DNA of 64,000 nucleotides, taken from positions 4,243-68,242 of the forward strand of contig CAYMRB010000002.1 of the NCBI GenBank assembly GCA_964392615.1, given 5' to 3'. The notes below the pieces were generated by a model. That model worked only from the letters and a program-made list of their open reading frames with translations, was not told the DNA's origin and did not search any database. Position 1 is the stretch's first letter; each line of letters begins with the position of its first letter. This stretch comes from an uncultured Planctomycetia bacterium. Its GTDB lineage: Bacteria; Planctomycetota; UBA8108. Positions 1 through 10,098 of this stretch are shown piece by piece. The position numbers and the translations under genes are program-made.

Positions 1-2789
1 TCGATCCAGGCGACGATGGCGCGACGCTCGTCCGTCGTGAGTCGCACGTCGTAGTGACCGCGATCCAGCAACTCGACGAGTCGGCTGCGGTGTGAACCGA
101 CGGAGTACGGCGCGAGCGGCAGATTGCCGCCGCCATAGCCGCTGAGCTTCGTGAAGTCGACGAAGGGGATCAGGCGGGCGAAAGACGTCGTCACCAGATG
201 GGGGACGTTCGGCCATGGCGGGCCCGGCGATTGGTTGTCGGCGCCCTTCGCGGGCACGAGGTGCCGGCCCGTCAGGTCGAAGCTCTTGTCCTCTCCATCG
301 CTGCCGTCGTGACAGCCGATGCACCGGCGGTCGAGCACGGGCTGAACGACGTCGCGGAAGCTCATCGGGATCGCCCCCCACGGTGGCGGCGTGATCTGGA
401 CGGGCGAACGAGCCAGCGCGGCAGGCGGTTGATTCGCGGGTACGGAGTCGTAGTCCTCATGACAGCCGATGCAGCTGGCGGTCTCGCCCGGGCGCAGGCT
501 CGTGAAGCTGCGCATGCGGCGGATGTCCATGTAGTTCTCATCGAGCGCTTCGAAAAAGAGCGCCGTGTCGGCCGGCACCTCGAACATCGCCGAGCCGTCC
601 TCCGCGACCGGGACAGTCCCGAGAATGCGTCGCGGCTCCCAGCCCGATCCGATGCCGACATCGAGTCGTTGCGGGATCGAGTGCTCGCGCTTGACGATCG
701 TCTCCAACACGCGCAGGTGCTTGACCCGACCGCGCTCGACGCCCTCCAGCCCGTCGTAGACATCGAGGAGCACGAGGGTCCCCGTCTTCTCCTTGTCGAT
801 TGGGCGGGGAGCGCCGGCCAGGTCGTGCGGGCGCTTTCGAGGCGCGAGAGGAATCGGGCTGTAGACGGAGCGCTCGGGGTCGCGGTAGATCAACTCCTTA
901 TTGCCGTGGACGTCCATCAGATAGAGCCCGTAGCCGGCGGGGGCCGCGTCGTGTGGCTCGAAGGAGTAGCAGACGAGGAAGTGCTTCTCCGACAGAGGAT
1001 ACGGCGAGTTGTACCAGCCACCGGCGGACGGGCCCGTGCCGCGCATCTCGGATGTTTCCGGGTAGCGCACTTCCGGCGTGACGCGTGCGAGGCTGCCCGG
1101 GGTCGCTCGCGGGCGGTCGAGATCGACGATGACGATGGGGCCAGCGCCGCTGTTGTGGTGCGCGGCTCCGGTCGCGATGGCCCGCGACGTGCCCGGAATC
1201 TGCCGGGCCTCGATGAACGACAACGGGCCGGGGCTGAATGCGAAGTGGTCGCCGTAGGCGAGGGCGGCTCGCGTGCCGTCGGGGTTCACGGTCCACAGGT
1301 ACTGGATCGTGTTGAACGGCTTCATGACGTATTCCCAGCGCATGTAGAGGATGCGGCCGTCATCGAGGACGCTGGGAAACCACTCTCCCTCCTTGGCCAC
1401 GGTGATCGGCTGGACGTCGGAGCCGTCCGCGGTCATGGAGAAGAGCGAGAAGACGATCGCCCAATCGCCGCACTGCACGTACTTCTCGCAGCGCGATGAC
1501 GTGAAGGCGATGCGCCCGCTCGGCAGGTAGCACGGCTCGGTGTTCTCGCCCGGGCCATCGGTCAATCGACGCAGGCCGGTGCCGTCGACGCCGATCTCGC
1601 AGAGCTGATAGTCGAGACAGGCGCCGCCGACGCGGCCGGGCTTGCCGTAAGGGTATACCGTCGGCTCCGGGCGTGGAGCCGCGTACGGGAAGACCACGCG
1701 GCGCGCGTCGTACGACAGATCGGGGCGGCCGATCGCGCCGGTGGGTAGTCGGTCGCCGATGAGGCTCCGCACGTCGCCGTCGGGCCGCAGGCCGCGAAGG
1801 ACGCAAAGGTCGCCGCCGGGTATCTGCGCGGAGCCGACGTGGTGCGAGCACTGGTGCCCGATCGGCGGGGTGTGCCTCTTGACGAAGAGGATCTCGTCGA
1901 AGTCGAGTAGCGGATTCGCAAAGGCCGCTTCTCGCACGACGCGGCGAGCGTCGCGATAGAGCCGCGGCCAACCGTCTGCAGCCGACAGGCCTTCGCTCTC
2001 CTTCCTGCAGAGCTCGTCGAATCGGCGTCGACACACGGCGAGTTTCTCGTCGGTCACACGAGCCACGTTGCGGGCGCCGAGCTCGCGCAGATCCGTCGCC
2101 AACAGACGGCCGCGAGCGATGACGTCGTCGACCGCCTGCCGGCTTCCCGGCCGCCGCCTCTTCGCGCGTTCCTGACGGTGCCAGTCGTTCTCGATCTGCC
2201 AGTCGGGATCGTTCCAGTCCGGAACCGCTTCCGGCGCCAGTGCGTCGGGCATACCCTTCGGGACGAAATCGACGCGTGAGACCACGGCGTTTGCCCCCGC
2301 GAGGCGAACGATTCCGACATCGATCTTGCCGTTCGCCGTGTGCGCTTTCCGGATGTCGTACGCGCGCCACTTGCCGGCAGGCTCGAAGAACTTCTCGATG
2401 ACGTCGCGATATTCGCCGCAAACCGTCACCGACTGCCGGCGCTGGTTGTTGCTCAGATCGATGAAGTGGAGGTACAGCTTGCCCTCGACACCCTGCGGAC
2501 AGCGGATCGTGAAACCGCCGCGGTCGAAGTACCAGCAGTAGCCACCGGTCGGGCCGCCGCGGTAGCTGCGGCCGCGCACCGTGTAATCGTAGCCCGGCGC
2601 AGCGACGACCTCGTCGTGTTCCGGACGCCACGCGGGATTCGACGGGCTGTAGAAGCCGCAGTCGATGTGCAGCACGCGGCTCGTCCCGCCGGGGCCGCGA
2701 TCCTCTTGTGCGATGCCGCTCGTCGCCAACACGAGGACGAGAAGGAGCAGAGCCCAGCTCGGTCGGTGGTGGGAGCCGTTGCGCGTCAT
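1..2789 (-). CDS. Secreted TolB-like beta-propeller protein with two C-terminal CxxCH haem-c motifs (HzsA-like architecture); the 3' end runs off the window
   Basis: Absent from the ORF track because it is open at the window edge. Hand translation of the minus strand from the ATG at 2789 is uninterrupted to nt 1. It begins MTRNGSHHRPSWALLLLVLVLATSGIAQ (signal peptide). PD40/TolB-like blades follow (LSYDARRVVF, PCYLPSGRIAFTSSR, RWEYV). The motifs SCIGCHEDY (nt 459-473) and RRCIGCHDG (nt 309-323) come next. It is collinear with the protein at 17944-20910. Confidence 0.8.
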   Translation of the reverse strand, partial: MTRNGSHHRPSWALLLLVLVLATSGIAQEDRGPGGTSRVLHIDCGFYSPSNPAWRPEHDEVVAAPGYDYTVRGRSYRGGPTGGYCWYFDRGGFTIRCPQGVEGKLYLHFIDLSNNQRRQSVTVCGEYRDVIEKFFEPAGKWRAYDIRKAHTANGKIDVGIVRLAGANAVVSRVDFVPKGMPDALAPEAVPDWNDPDWQIENDWHRQERAKRRRPGSRQAVDDVIARGRLLATDLRELGARNVARVTDEKLAVCRRRFDELCRKESEGLSAADGWPRLYRDARRVVREAAFANPLLDFDEILFVKRHTPPIGHQCSHHVGSAQIPGGDLCVLRGLRPDGDVRSLIGDRLPTGAIGRPDLSYDARRVVFPYAAPRPEPTVYPYGKPGRVGGACLDYQLCEIGVDGTGLRRLTDGPGENTEPCYLPSGRIAFTSSRCEKYVQCGDWAIVFSLFSMTADGSDVQPITVAKEGEWFPSVLDDGRILYMRWEYVMKPFNTIQYLWTVNPDGTRAALAYGDHFAFSPGPLSFIEARQIPGTSRAIATGAAHHNSGAGPIVIVDLDRPRATPGSLARVTPEVRYPETSEMRGTGPSAGGWYNSPYPLSEKHFLVCYSFEPHDAAPAGYGLYLMDVHGNKELIYRDPERSVYSPIPLAPRKRPHDLAGAPRPIDKEKTGTLVLLDVYDGLEGVERGRVKHLRVLETIVKREHSIPQRLDVGIGSGWEPRRILGTVPVAEDGSAMFEVPADTALFFEALDENYMDIRRMRSFTSLRPGETASCIGCHEDYDSVPANQPPAALARSPVQITPPPWGAIPMSFRDVVQPVLDRRCIGCHDGSDGEDKSFDLTGRHLVPAKGADNQSPGPPWPNVPHLVTTSFARLIPFVDFTKLSGYGGGNLPLAPYSVGSHRSRLVELLDRGHYDVRLTTDERRAIVAWI

Positions 2790-3152
2790 GCCACCATTCC
2801 TCAACAGAATGGATCTGAGAGCAAGCGCGGAATCCCAGCGTCGGTTGCGACCCAGGTCACGGTCGCGTCTCGAAGTCCTCGGCAGGCGTCGCTGTTCTAT
2901 CGAAGTCGGGCGAGCTGATCGTCGCCACGCCCAGGGCGGATCTGCGCATTCGAGGTGCGAGCCGTGTCGCGGGTGAGAAGGGCAGTTTCCTGCGCGAGCG
3001 CTGGACGCAGGAGAAGCCTCTGCCTCTGCAGGAAGACGGCGAGGGCTGGACGATGACCGTCCGCGAACCGATGGTCGTGCGATTGCGCTACGCCACACTT
3101 CGCTCGAAGAGCGGCTGAGCCGAGGGATGCCAGGCGCACCCCGAAACCGGGA

Positions 3153-4619
3153 TCACGGGCGCGCCTTGATCGCGGCCGCCAGCTGTCGGCTCGTCTTGCC
3201 GTACCGCTGGACGATATCCCCGTCGGGGAACTCCCGGGCGATCTTCTCGAGGTTGGCGTGCGGCCGCGATGCGTCCTCGCCGCGCCGGGGATCGTGTATC
3301 GCCGCGAGGAAGAGCGCGTCGTCGGCCATCGAGCTTTGAGGGTGCTTGGTCGCAAACGTCTGGAAGCCGCGCGCCACCTCTTCGTCGAGCCGCGAGCCCA
3401 ACCTCACGTTCCAGGCGCGGCGCAGCCGCCACAGGCAGAGCGGGATCGAGTACTCGACCTCCTCGATGTGACTGTACGACGGATAGTCGCTCGCGATCCG
3501 CTGGAAGAACTCGGCGGCCTGGCGATAGTGGCTTCCGGCGCTCACGTGCCCGAGATCCAACGGGCCGGTCCGCGGCACGGAGGCGTCGCGGGGATAGTCG
3601 TAGTACAGCCGGTTCGTGAACACGTCGGCCGCCCGGAAGGCGCGCCGGCCGCACTCGTGGAGGATGGCTGCCTTTGTCTCGTCGTCGGACCCACGCTCTC
3701 TCGCCTCCTCCTGTGCGAGGAACCAGCGGCACGTTTCGATCTGATCGTCGATGGCCGCCACGAGGTCGCCTGTACTGGACGAGCGTCTCGAGCGACGCGG
3801 TGGCGTGCTGACGTCGGGCCAGCCGGGCCAAGTGCCTCGCATCTCGAGGCTGCGATCTTCGCGCGCTGCGACCGAACGCTCGAAGAGCTCCATTGCCCCG
3901 CCGAAGTCGTGGGCCCTCATCCTCTTGAGCCCCGCGACGTAGAACAGGTTGTCGGCCAGGTGGCGTGCCGGCTTCGTGTCGGCAAACGCGAGGACGTCCT
4001 CGATGGTCGCGAATCGTTCGAGCACGCGCTGGAAGTAGTTCGCGACGAGCTCGCGCTTGTCTCCGTCGGGTTCACCGAAACCCTGAACGAGCCAGCGCAG
4101 GGAGTCCTGGGGCGAAGTCTTCGCGTAGTGTTGCGCTACGACCAGGCACGCGTCGTCGCGTCCCGGATGCACGCGGTGCCTCTCGAGCCAGCCTTGCAGG
4201 CCTCGCGTCGTGTCGGCCGACGGCGTACGGTCTTCGTCGTGGCGCCACCAGCCGGACGGCCCGAAGTATCCTCTGCCGACGATGTCCTTCCACTCCGCGA
4301 TGCCGCGCGGAATGCGCGACTCGGGAAAGCAGGCATTGAGGAGCCGCACCGCCTGATTCCGTCGCAGCGACGGAAGCGGCTTCAGCGCGTACCGCTCGAG
4401 GACGCGGACGGCTGCGGGGTGATCGATGGCCGCGATCGCGTCGAGGTGGCCCTGGGGATTGCTATCCTGCTGGATGCGTCGCTCGTGACGCCAGACGCGG
4501 AGGTGGTACCAGCTCTCACGTCCGATCCACGCGACGATGACGAGGCTGATGAACCCACAGGCCAACGCGAGGCGACGGCCACGTCGCTTTCGCCCGACAC
4601 GGTCTTGCTGACGCGTCAT
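3153..4619 (-). CDS. Hypothetical protein with a single N-terminal membrane anchor
   Basis: 488-aa ORF with balanced composition (W, Y, K, F, H present), unlike the overlapping Arg/Val-rich + strand ORF 3258-4796. The N-terminus is a basic stretch followed by the hydrophobic helix LALACGFISLVIVAWIG. I recognise no family. Confidence 0.55.
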   Translation of the reverse strand: MTRQQDRVGRKRRGRRLALACGFISLVIVAWIGRESWYHLRVWRHERRIQQDSNPQGHLDAIAAIDHPAAVRVLERYALKPLPSLRRNQAVRLLNACFPESRIPRGIAEWKDIVGRGYFGPSGWWRHDEDRTPSADTTRGLQGWLERHRVHPGRDDACLVVAQHYAKTSPQDSLRWLVQGFGEPDGDKRELVANYFQRVLERFATIEDVLAFADTKPARHLADNLFYVAGLKRMRAHDFGGAMELFERSVAAREDRSLEMRGTWPGWPDVSTPPRRSRRSSSTGDLVAAIDDQIETCRWFLAQEEARERGSDDETKAAILHECGRRAFRAADVFTNRLYYDYPRDASVPRTGPLDLGHVSAGSHYRQAAEFFQRIASDYPSYSHIEEVEYSIPLCLWRLRRAWNVRLGSRLDEEVARGFQTFATKHPQSSMADDALFLAAIHDPRRGEDASRPHANLEKIAREFPDGDIVQRYGKTSRQLAAAIKARP

Positions 4620-4717
4620 GACGCACTCTCCGACTTCTTCTTCTGCGGAGCACGATACCCGAGCGGACGGCCTGAATCCACTGGCGTTCGGCGCCCGCTA
4701 ACAGCCTCATCGTCGGG

Positions 4718-6091
4718 TTACGGACACGCCGGCGGACGCGTCGCGCAGTCGAGCGTCACGTCCGCGTCGAGCTCCGCTATGTCGCACTCGGGGTAGGGAG
4801 CAGGTGGAGGCGGGGCGCCGAGGAAGAGGTGGTTCAACAGGTAGCTCGGATCGGCTACGTCGACGATGTCGTCATCGTTGGCGTCGACCGCCGCGAGACA
4901 GCCGGGCCCACGGCCGCCGAGAAACAGCCAGCTGAGGGCGAAGACGGCATCGGACAGGTCGACGATGCCGTCTTCGTTGCCGTCGCCGCGCAGGAAGACG
5001 GGCAGGTCGCGATGCTCCTCGAGCTCCTCCTGCACGGCGTAGTAGGCGGGCTTCGGACCGTACTGCTCGTCGAAGAGGGACGGGTACTCGTCTCGCCGCC
5101 AGCCGTGCGCGTCGGAAATGTGCCAGGTGTTCCAGCCGACCACGCCGCCGCTCCGCTTCTCCAGAAGCTCCTCGACGATGCGGCGATAGGTCCCGGCTTG
5201 GGCCTCGAGCTGATCGGTCGAGTCATCGTCGATGAAGACGCTCGCCTCGGTGACGTGGAACTCGAGATCGCGCTCGTGGGCCCAATCGATCAACAGGCGC
5301 AGCGCGCGGCGATTCGACGACGTGTTCCAGCCGACAGCGACATGAGCCTGCCACCCGATGCCGTCAACGCGCAGCCCGCGATCGCGCAAGTACTGAACGG
5401 TCTCCTTGATGAGATCCCAGGAAGCCGTGGTGCTCGGCGACTCGTGGTGGTTGTAGATCAGTTTGAGATCCGGAGCGTGCTCGGCGGCGATCTCGAAGGC
5501 GTATCGGATGTAGAGCGGTGTCCGCCGCGCGTCGGTGTCGCGGCCGATCTTGAACCACGGACACTCCCAGCTCGTACCGGCCCTGTCCCTGTGCCAGTCG
5601 CCGTTGCGAACGGTTTCGTTGACCACGTCGATGGATACGAACCCCGGGCGGTCATTGTAGCGTTGGCACAGGGCGGTGAAGTACTCGCGCAGGTTCAGCT
5701 CGAGCTCGGCAGCCGTGCGGGAGTCGTCGCGCGCCCAATCGGAGCATTGCGGACTGACGGGGCCATGGATGCGAAGGACCTGGTCGTTCTCGACGACGTG
5801 TTGCACCCACGCGTCGCTGCGCGACCAATTCCACCTGTCGGGACTCGGATGCACGATGCTCTGCTTGAAGTCGTTCTCCGGAGTCACGTAGGCGAACTCG
5901 CGATCCAGCACCGTGCCCTGGCTCGTGCCGAAGGCCCACGATCCGGTCGTCGCGCCGATGAGCACGCGGCCTTCTTCGAAGTGGCTCGCGACGATCTCGC
6001 GCAGCCGCCGGCCCGACGGAACGGGGGGATCGCCTCCGTAGACGTGTGCGGATGCGAGGAGCAGGAGCAGGGAAACTCGAAGCGACAGCAT
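4718..6091 (-). CDS. GH10 family endo-beta-1,4-xylanase-like glycoside hydrolase with a C-terminal dockerin-like module
   Basis: GH10 blocks are present: YVTPENDFKQ, IDVVNET (acid/base Glu), GIGWQAHV and FHVTEASV (nucleophile Glu). Signal peptide MLSLRVSLLLLLASAHVYG. The track ORF extends to 6661 with an Arg-rich junk N-terminus overlapping the upstream gene, so I moved the start to the ATG at 6091. Confidence 0.8.
   Translation of the reverse strand: MLSLRVSLLLLLASAHVYGGDPPVPSGRRLREIVASHFEEGRVLIGATTGSWAFGTSQGTVLDREFAYVTPENDFKQSIVHPSPDRWNWSRSDAWVQHVVENDQVLRIHGPVSPQCSDWARDDSRTAAELELNLREYFTALCQRYNDRPGFVSIDVVNETVRNGDWHRDRAGTSWECPWFKIGRDTDARRTPLYIRYAFEIAAEHAPDLKLIYNHHESPSTTASWDLIKETVQYLRDRGLRVDGIGWQAHVAVGWNTSSNRRALRLLIDWAHERDLEFHVTEASVFIDDDSTDQLEAQAGTYRRIVEELLEKRSGGVVGWNTWHISDAHGWRRDEYPSLFDEQYGPKPAYYAVQEELEEHRDLPVFLRGDGNEDGIVDLSDAVFALSWLFLGGRGPGCLAAVDANDDDIVDVADPSYLLNHLFLGAPPPPAPYPECDIAELDADVTLDCATRPPACP
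4721..4996 (-). other. Dockerin-like double EF-hand module with a Cys-rich tail (C-terminus of the GH10 protein)
   Basis: RGDGNEDGIVDLSDAVFALSWLFLGG...C...DANDDDIVDVADPSYLLNHLFLGAPPP...ECD...DCATRPPACP. Confidence 0.7.
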
Positions 6092-6150
6092 GACGTCGAT
6101 CCTACCCCCTGGAGCGGTCGTGGACACCCTCGGCGAGCGAGAACCGGGCG

Positions 6151-7068
6151 TCAGCCCCGCAATACCGCGAGGAGGTTCTCGACCGCTGCCGACATCGCCC
6201 GATCGACGCTCTCCTGTGTGAAGCCGCCGACATGCGCCGACGCGATGACCCGCGGGTGCTGGACGAGGCGCCAATCCTCGGGTGGCTCGGACTCGAACGC
6301 ATCGAGAGCGACGCCGGCGATCCGATCCGCCTCGAGCGCCGCCAGTGTCGCGTCGGCGTCGAGCAAGCCGCCGCGTGCCGTGTTGACGATCAGAACGCCG
6401 CGCTTCGTTGACGCGACGGCTTCGGCGTCGATGATGGGGCTGCCGTCGGGACTCGGGGGGCAGTGCAGCGTGATCACGTCGGCCTGTGCGAGGAGCTCGC
6501 CCATCGAGCAATACTCGAGATCGCCGCTCGGGAACGGGTCGTATGCGAGCACGCGCATGCCGAGGGCGCGCGCCAGTCCCGCGACCAGCTGGCCGATCTT
6601 GCCGCAGCCGACGATGCCGAGCGTTCGTCCCTCGAGCTCGATTCCCTTGCGCCGTTCCCACTTTCGGGTCTTCAGCGCGTTGTCGCCGAAGGGCAGCGAC
6701 CTGGCGAGCGCGAGGACATGTCCGATCGTCAGCTCGGCGACGCCGCGCGCATTGGCACCTTCGGCGCGGCAGATCCGGATGGCGTTCCTCTCGGCGGCGT
6801 CGAGGTCGATGCTGTCGACTCCGGTGCCGTTGCGGCTGATGACTCGCAAGTCCGACGCGGCGTCGAGCACGCGCGCGGAGATCGTCTCGACACCGGCGAG
6901 ATAGCCAACGCAGCCGGGCAGGAGGGCAAGGAGCTCTTCTTCCGTCGGCAACGTTCCCGGCGTCGAGAACACGACCTCGTAGCCGGCGGCCTCGATCACG
7001 TCGAGCGACGGATGCCCGCTACGAGTGATCGAACGCGGTGTGACGAGTACTTTCACTTCTCTTGCCAC
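6151..7068 (-). CDS. D-isomer-specific 2-hydroxyacid dehydrogenase (phosphoglycerate dehydrogenase-like)
   Basis: Rossmann motif LGIVGCGKIGQLVA. Family blocks VNTARGGLLD and DAFESEPP...HPRVIASAHVGG. Confidence 0.85.
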   Translation of the reverse strand: MAREVKVLVTPRSITRSGHPSLDVIEAAGYEVVFSTPGTLPTEEELLALLPGCVGYLAGVETISARVLDAASDLRVISRNGTGVDSIDLDAAERNAIRICRAEGANARGVAELTIGHVLALARSLPFGDNALKTRKWERRKGIELEGRTLGIVGCGKIGQLVAGLARALGMRVLAYDPFPSGDLEYCSMGELLAQADVITLHCPPSPDGSPIIDAEAVASTKRGVLIVNTARGGLLDADATLAALEADRIAGVALDAFESEPPEDWRLVQHPRVIASAHVGGFTQESVDRAMSAAVENLLAVLRG

Positions 7069-7637
7069 TTCGGACTGTCGACGATCGCTGGCTTGCCATC
7101 CCTCTCGACGATGAGCTTGCGGTAGCCGCGCGTCTCGATCGTCCCGTAGTCGTGGCCGGCGTCGCCCCGGAACGCGAAGAACGTGATCAGGGGCTCTTCG
7201 AGCGACACGTTGACGCTGCGGTGCGCGTACCGACCCGGCACGTAGACCGCGTCACCTGGCTCGAGCTCTCGCGCTTCCCAATCGCCCTCGGGGTTCTCCA
7301 TCAGCATGTAGCCGTGCCCGCTCAGGCAGTAGTAGACCTCGGCCGTATCGAGAACCGTGTGGAAGTGTCCCTTCGTCATGAAGTACTCGTCACCGACCTT
7401 GCCCGGGTACACGATGCTCGTCCCGAAGGCGATCTCCGTGTCCTTCTCCGGCCGCCCCATGTCGTAGAACTCGTAGTTCAGGACGTCGTTCTCGGCGACC
7501 ATCGCGGCGTGTTTCTCGTCGTCGAGATACATGCCCTTCATGGCCGAGAGCTTCCTCCGGATCGGTTCGACGTCAGGGGAAAGGCCGTTGGTCAGGCTGA
7601 AGTTGACGAGCAGCGAGTTCGGATTCTCCATCGACAT
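7053..7637 (-). CDS. Cupin-type (archaeal-type) glucose-6-phosphate isomerase family protein
   Basis: Cupin metal-binding block GDEYFMTKGHFH plus PGDAVYVPGRYAHRSVN. The size (194 aa) fits cupin PGIs. I trimmed the start to MSMENP (7637), because the track extension is Arg-rich and overlaps the upstream gene. Confidence 0.7.
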   Translation of the reverse strand: MSMENPNSLLVNFSLTNGLSPDVEPIRRKLSAMKGMYLDDEKHAAMVAENDVLNYEFYDMGRPEKDTEIAFGTSIVYPGKVGDEYFMTKGHFHTVLDTAEVYYCLSGHGYMLMENPEGDWEARELEPGDAVYVPGRYAHRSVNVSLEEPLITFFAFRGDAGHDYGTIETRGYRKLIVERDGKPAIVDSPKWQEK

Positions 7638-7645
7638 GGCGACTA

Positions 7646-8596
7646 TTATTTCCGGGTGGATGCGGCGATCTCGGACAGCCTGTCGAACTCCGGGCCGCTC
7701 GACGGGATGTCGAGATCGAAGACCTCGGCGACGACGGAGAGCCAACCGTGCAGGAAGTAGACCCAACCGTCCTCGACAAGCAGTCCCTTCGACTCTTCCT
7801 GGGCGCGGGCCTGGTCGAGGAAGACCAGTTCGCCGCGATAGTTGAACTCCCACGCGATGCCGCCCTGCGGAAACTCCGCCGCATTCGTCAGCGGCGAACC
7901 CGGCGCGTCCTTGCCGAGTCCCGTCGCGTTGACGACCATCGAGCCTTCCTTCAGCTGCGCGACGACGGCGTCATTCTCGGCCGCCGTCGGACAGAGCGTG
8001 TAGTCGACGGGAATCGGGCAGTCCATCGCGGCGTGCACCGCCTTCATGTCCTCGAGCCGGGGCGCGCTGCGATTCGTGACGTGGATCCGCGCCGGGCGTC
8101 GCTCCGCGGGCTGCTGCTGCAGGTAGATCGTCAGCGCCAGCGACGAGCCTCCGGCGCCGAGAAGGCACACTTCGGCGCCCGACTTGCCCCAATGGGTCGT
8201 GTCCCTGACAGCCTCGAAGGACAGGCCGGCCGTGATCGGGTCCTTGGCGTGTCCTCGAAGCTGGCCGTCGCGCTTCGAGATGCAGCTCACCTCGCCGAGC
8301 TGCTCCGCGTACGGATCGAGCCAATCGAACCGGTCGCGTGCCGCGGTGAGCAGGTCGAGCTTGTGCGTCGTGACGAGCGCGCCGAGCGACAGAGGATCCG
8401 CCTTGAGGAAATCGACGACTCGACGGTACACCTCGGGATTGTCGTGATGCTTGCAGTCGATGCCGCGGATGCGGTCGCTGATGCCGAGGTGCTCCGCCCA
8501 CTTCGGGAACACCTTCATGATCGACGACTGGCCGGTCGTCACGCCGACGAAGTAGAAGCTGGGCTTGGTGGCGGGGGTGAGCTCGGACGCGATCAT
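7646..8596 (-). CDS. Shikimate/quinate 5-dehydrogenase-like (AroE family) oxidoreductase
   Basis: Blocks LLGAGGSSLALTIYL (NAD(P) loop) and VNATGLG; the length is as in the AroE family. Its start overlaps the stop of the FGGY kinase by 4 nt (ATGA). Confidence 0.6.
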   Translation of the reverse strand: MIASELTPATKPSFYFVGVTTGQSSIMKVFPKWAEHLGISDRIRGIDCKHHDNPEVYRRVVDFLKADPLSLGALVTTHKLDLLTAARDRFDWLDPYAEQLGEVSCISKRDGQLRGHAKDPITAGLSFEAVRDTTHWGKSGAEVCLLGAGGSSLALTIYLQQQPAERRPARIHVTNRSAPRLEDMKAVHAAMDCPIPVDYTLCPTAAENDAVVAQLKEGSMVVNATGLGKDAPGSPLTNAAEFPQGGIAWEFNYRGELVFLDQARAQEESKGLLVEDGWVYFLHGWLSVVAEVFDLDIPSSGPEFDRLSEIAASTRK

Positions 8597-10074
8597 TTCC
8601 AGAATCCCAGCATGTGCTCGTAGACGCGGATGAACTCCGTCTGGACGGTTCGGTACGCGGCGACCGACTCGCGGTCCGGCTCGACGGTGGTGCTCGATTC
8701 CCTGCGCTCGACCGCCGTGGCGACCGGATCGTCGATCAGCCCGACGCCGGCTGCTGCGAGCAGAGCAGCGCCCTTGATGCCCGCTTCGGGCTCGTCGGAG
8801 AGCTCGAGTGGCACCTCCATCACATCGGCCTTGATCTGATTCCAGAGCTTGTTGCGAGTGCCGCCGCCGACGCTGAATATCCGCGTGATCTCGTGCCCGA
8901 GCTTCCTGAATTGGGCCGCGTCCTTGCCCAGCGCGAGCGCCACGCCCTCCAGCACGGAGCGGACGAAGTGGGGCGCAGAGTGGTTGAGCGACAGCCCGAA
9001 GTAGCCGCCGCGCGCGGTCGTGTTCTCGCTGCGGCGTTCACCAAGCATGTAGGGGTAGAAGAGAAGTCCATCGCTGCCGACGGGAGCCCGTGACGCCATC
9101 GCGACCAGCTCGTCGTACGGCACGTCGCGGCCCGCTATGCCGTCGACGAAGTCCTTGCACCACTTCACGCTCAGGCCGGCGCAGTCGATCAGTGTGAACG
9201 GGATCCAGCCGTCGACCACATGGCGCAGATTCTGGATCGCCGGATCGAGCAGCGGCCGCTCGCTGTGCGTCGCGAGAAGCGCGCTCGTTCCCGTGACGTC
9301 CGCCGTGACGCCGTCCCCGACGATGCCGAAGCCGAGCATCGAGACCGGGAAATCGCCGCCGCCAGCGACGACGGGAACGCCCGACGGCAGACCGGTGAGC
9401 GCTGCGGCCTCGGCCGCCACGTGGCCGATGACCGCGCAGGATGGGTGCACCGGCGCGAACTTGTCGATGCTCACGCCGACGGCGTCGGCGAGATCGCTCG
9501 AGTAGCGGTCCGCGTGGCAGTCCCAGAGAAACGACCCGGACGCCTCGCTGGGGTCCGCCGCCGCGACGCCGGTCAGTCGGTAGTTGATGAAGTCCTTCGG
9601 GACGAGAAAGACCTCGGCGCGGTCGTAGACCTCCGGCTGCTCATCGCGATGCCAGCGCACCTTGATGCCGACCCAGGCGGGGTTCGGATAGCTGCCGGCG
9701 ATCTTCGCGAGCCGCTCCGCGTCGTGGTTCTCGCAGATGGCGTCGACTTGCGCGTCGCAGCGCTTGTCGCACCAGAGTTGGACCCACTCCGTCGTCACCT
9801 TGCCATCGGCGTCGATCCCGACCGGTCCGTGCATCTGCCCGCACGAGGCGATCGCCGCGATAGAGGCAGGGGCGACGCCGGTCTCCGACAGCACCTGACG
9901 GATCGCGGCGCACGTCTCCCGCCACCAATCGTCCGGTCGCTGCTGCGCCCAGCCCGGTTGCGGGCTGTCGACGTCGTGGTGGATCTGCGCGATGCCCAGA
10001 ATGCTGCCGGCCTCGGAGACGACCGCGGCGCGGGCGCTCTGGGTGCCGACGTCCAGAGCCAGGAGGTTGTTCAC
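8593..10074 (-). CDS. FGGY-family carbohydrate kinase (xylulokinase-like)
   Basis: N-terminal LALDVGTQSARAAV, internal GGGDFPVSMLG and C-terminal SVGGGTRNKLWNQIKADV are typical FGGY signatures. Confidence 0.85.
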   Translation of the reverse strand: MNNLLALDVGTQSARAAVVSEAGSILGIAQIHHDVDSPQPGWAQQRPDDWWRETCAAIRQVLSETGVAPASIAAIASCGQMHGPVGIDADGKVTTEWVQLWCDKRCDAQVDAICENHDAERLAKIAGSYPNPAWVGIKVRWHRDEQPEVYDRAEVFLVPKDFINYRLTGVAAADPSEASGSFLWDCHADRYSSDLADAVGVSIDKFAPVHPSCAVIGHVAAEAAALTGLPSGVPVVAGGGDFPVSMLGFGIVGDGVTADVTGTSALLATHSERPLLDPAIQNLRHVVDGWIPFTLIDCAGLSVKWCKDFVDGIAGRDVPYDELVAMASRAPVGSDGLLFYPYMLGERRSENTTARGGYFGLSLNHSAPHFVRSVLEGVALALGKDAAQFRKLGHEITRIFSVGGGTRNKLWNQIKADVMEVPLELSDEPEAGIKGAALLAAAGVGLIDDPVATAVERRESSTTVEPDRESVAAYRTVQTEFIRVYEHMLGFWK

Positions 10075-10098
10075 AGCGCTATCTCGGGGTTGTCGGGA

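Noticed and set aside
198-2631. Track ORFs 198-1499 (+), 1360-2631 (-) and the smaller ORFs in the first 2.8 kb.
   Set aside because: They are wrong-frame or antisense relative to the edge-truncated gene 1-2789 (-). That gene's hand translation is uninterrupted and collinear with the paralogue at 17944-20910. The listed ORFs are Arg-rich with no motifs.
2819-3118. A coding-looking open frame (+) in the gap between genes: ...ELIVATPRADLRIRGASRVAGEKGSFLRERWTQEKPLPLQEDGEGWTMTVREPMVVRLRYATLRSKSG*
   Set aside because: The composition looks protein-like, and this may be a C-terminal gene remnant. However, the frame is closed by TGA at 2816-2818, and there is no ATG, GTG or TTG before the ATG at 3053, which would give only 21 aa. 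I cannot support a gene or pseudogene call without a homology search.
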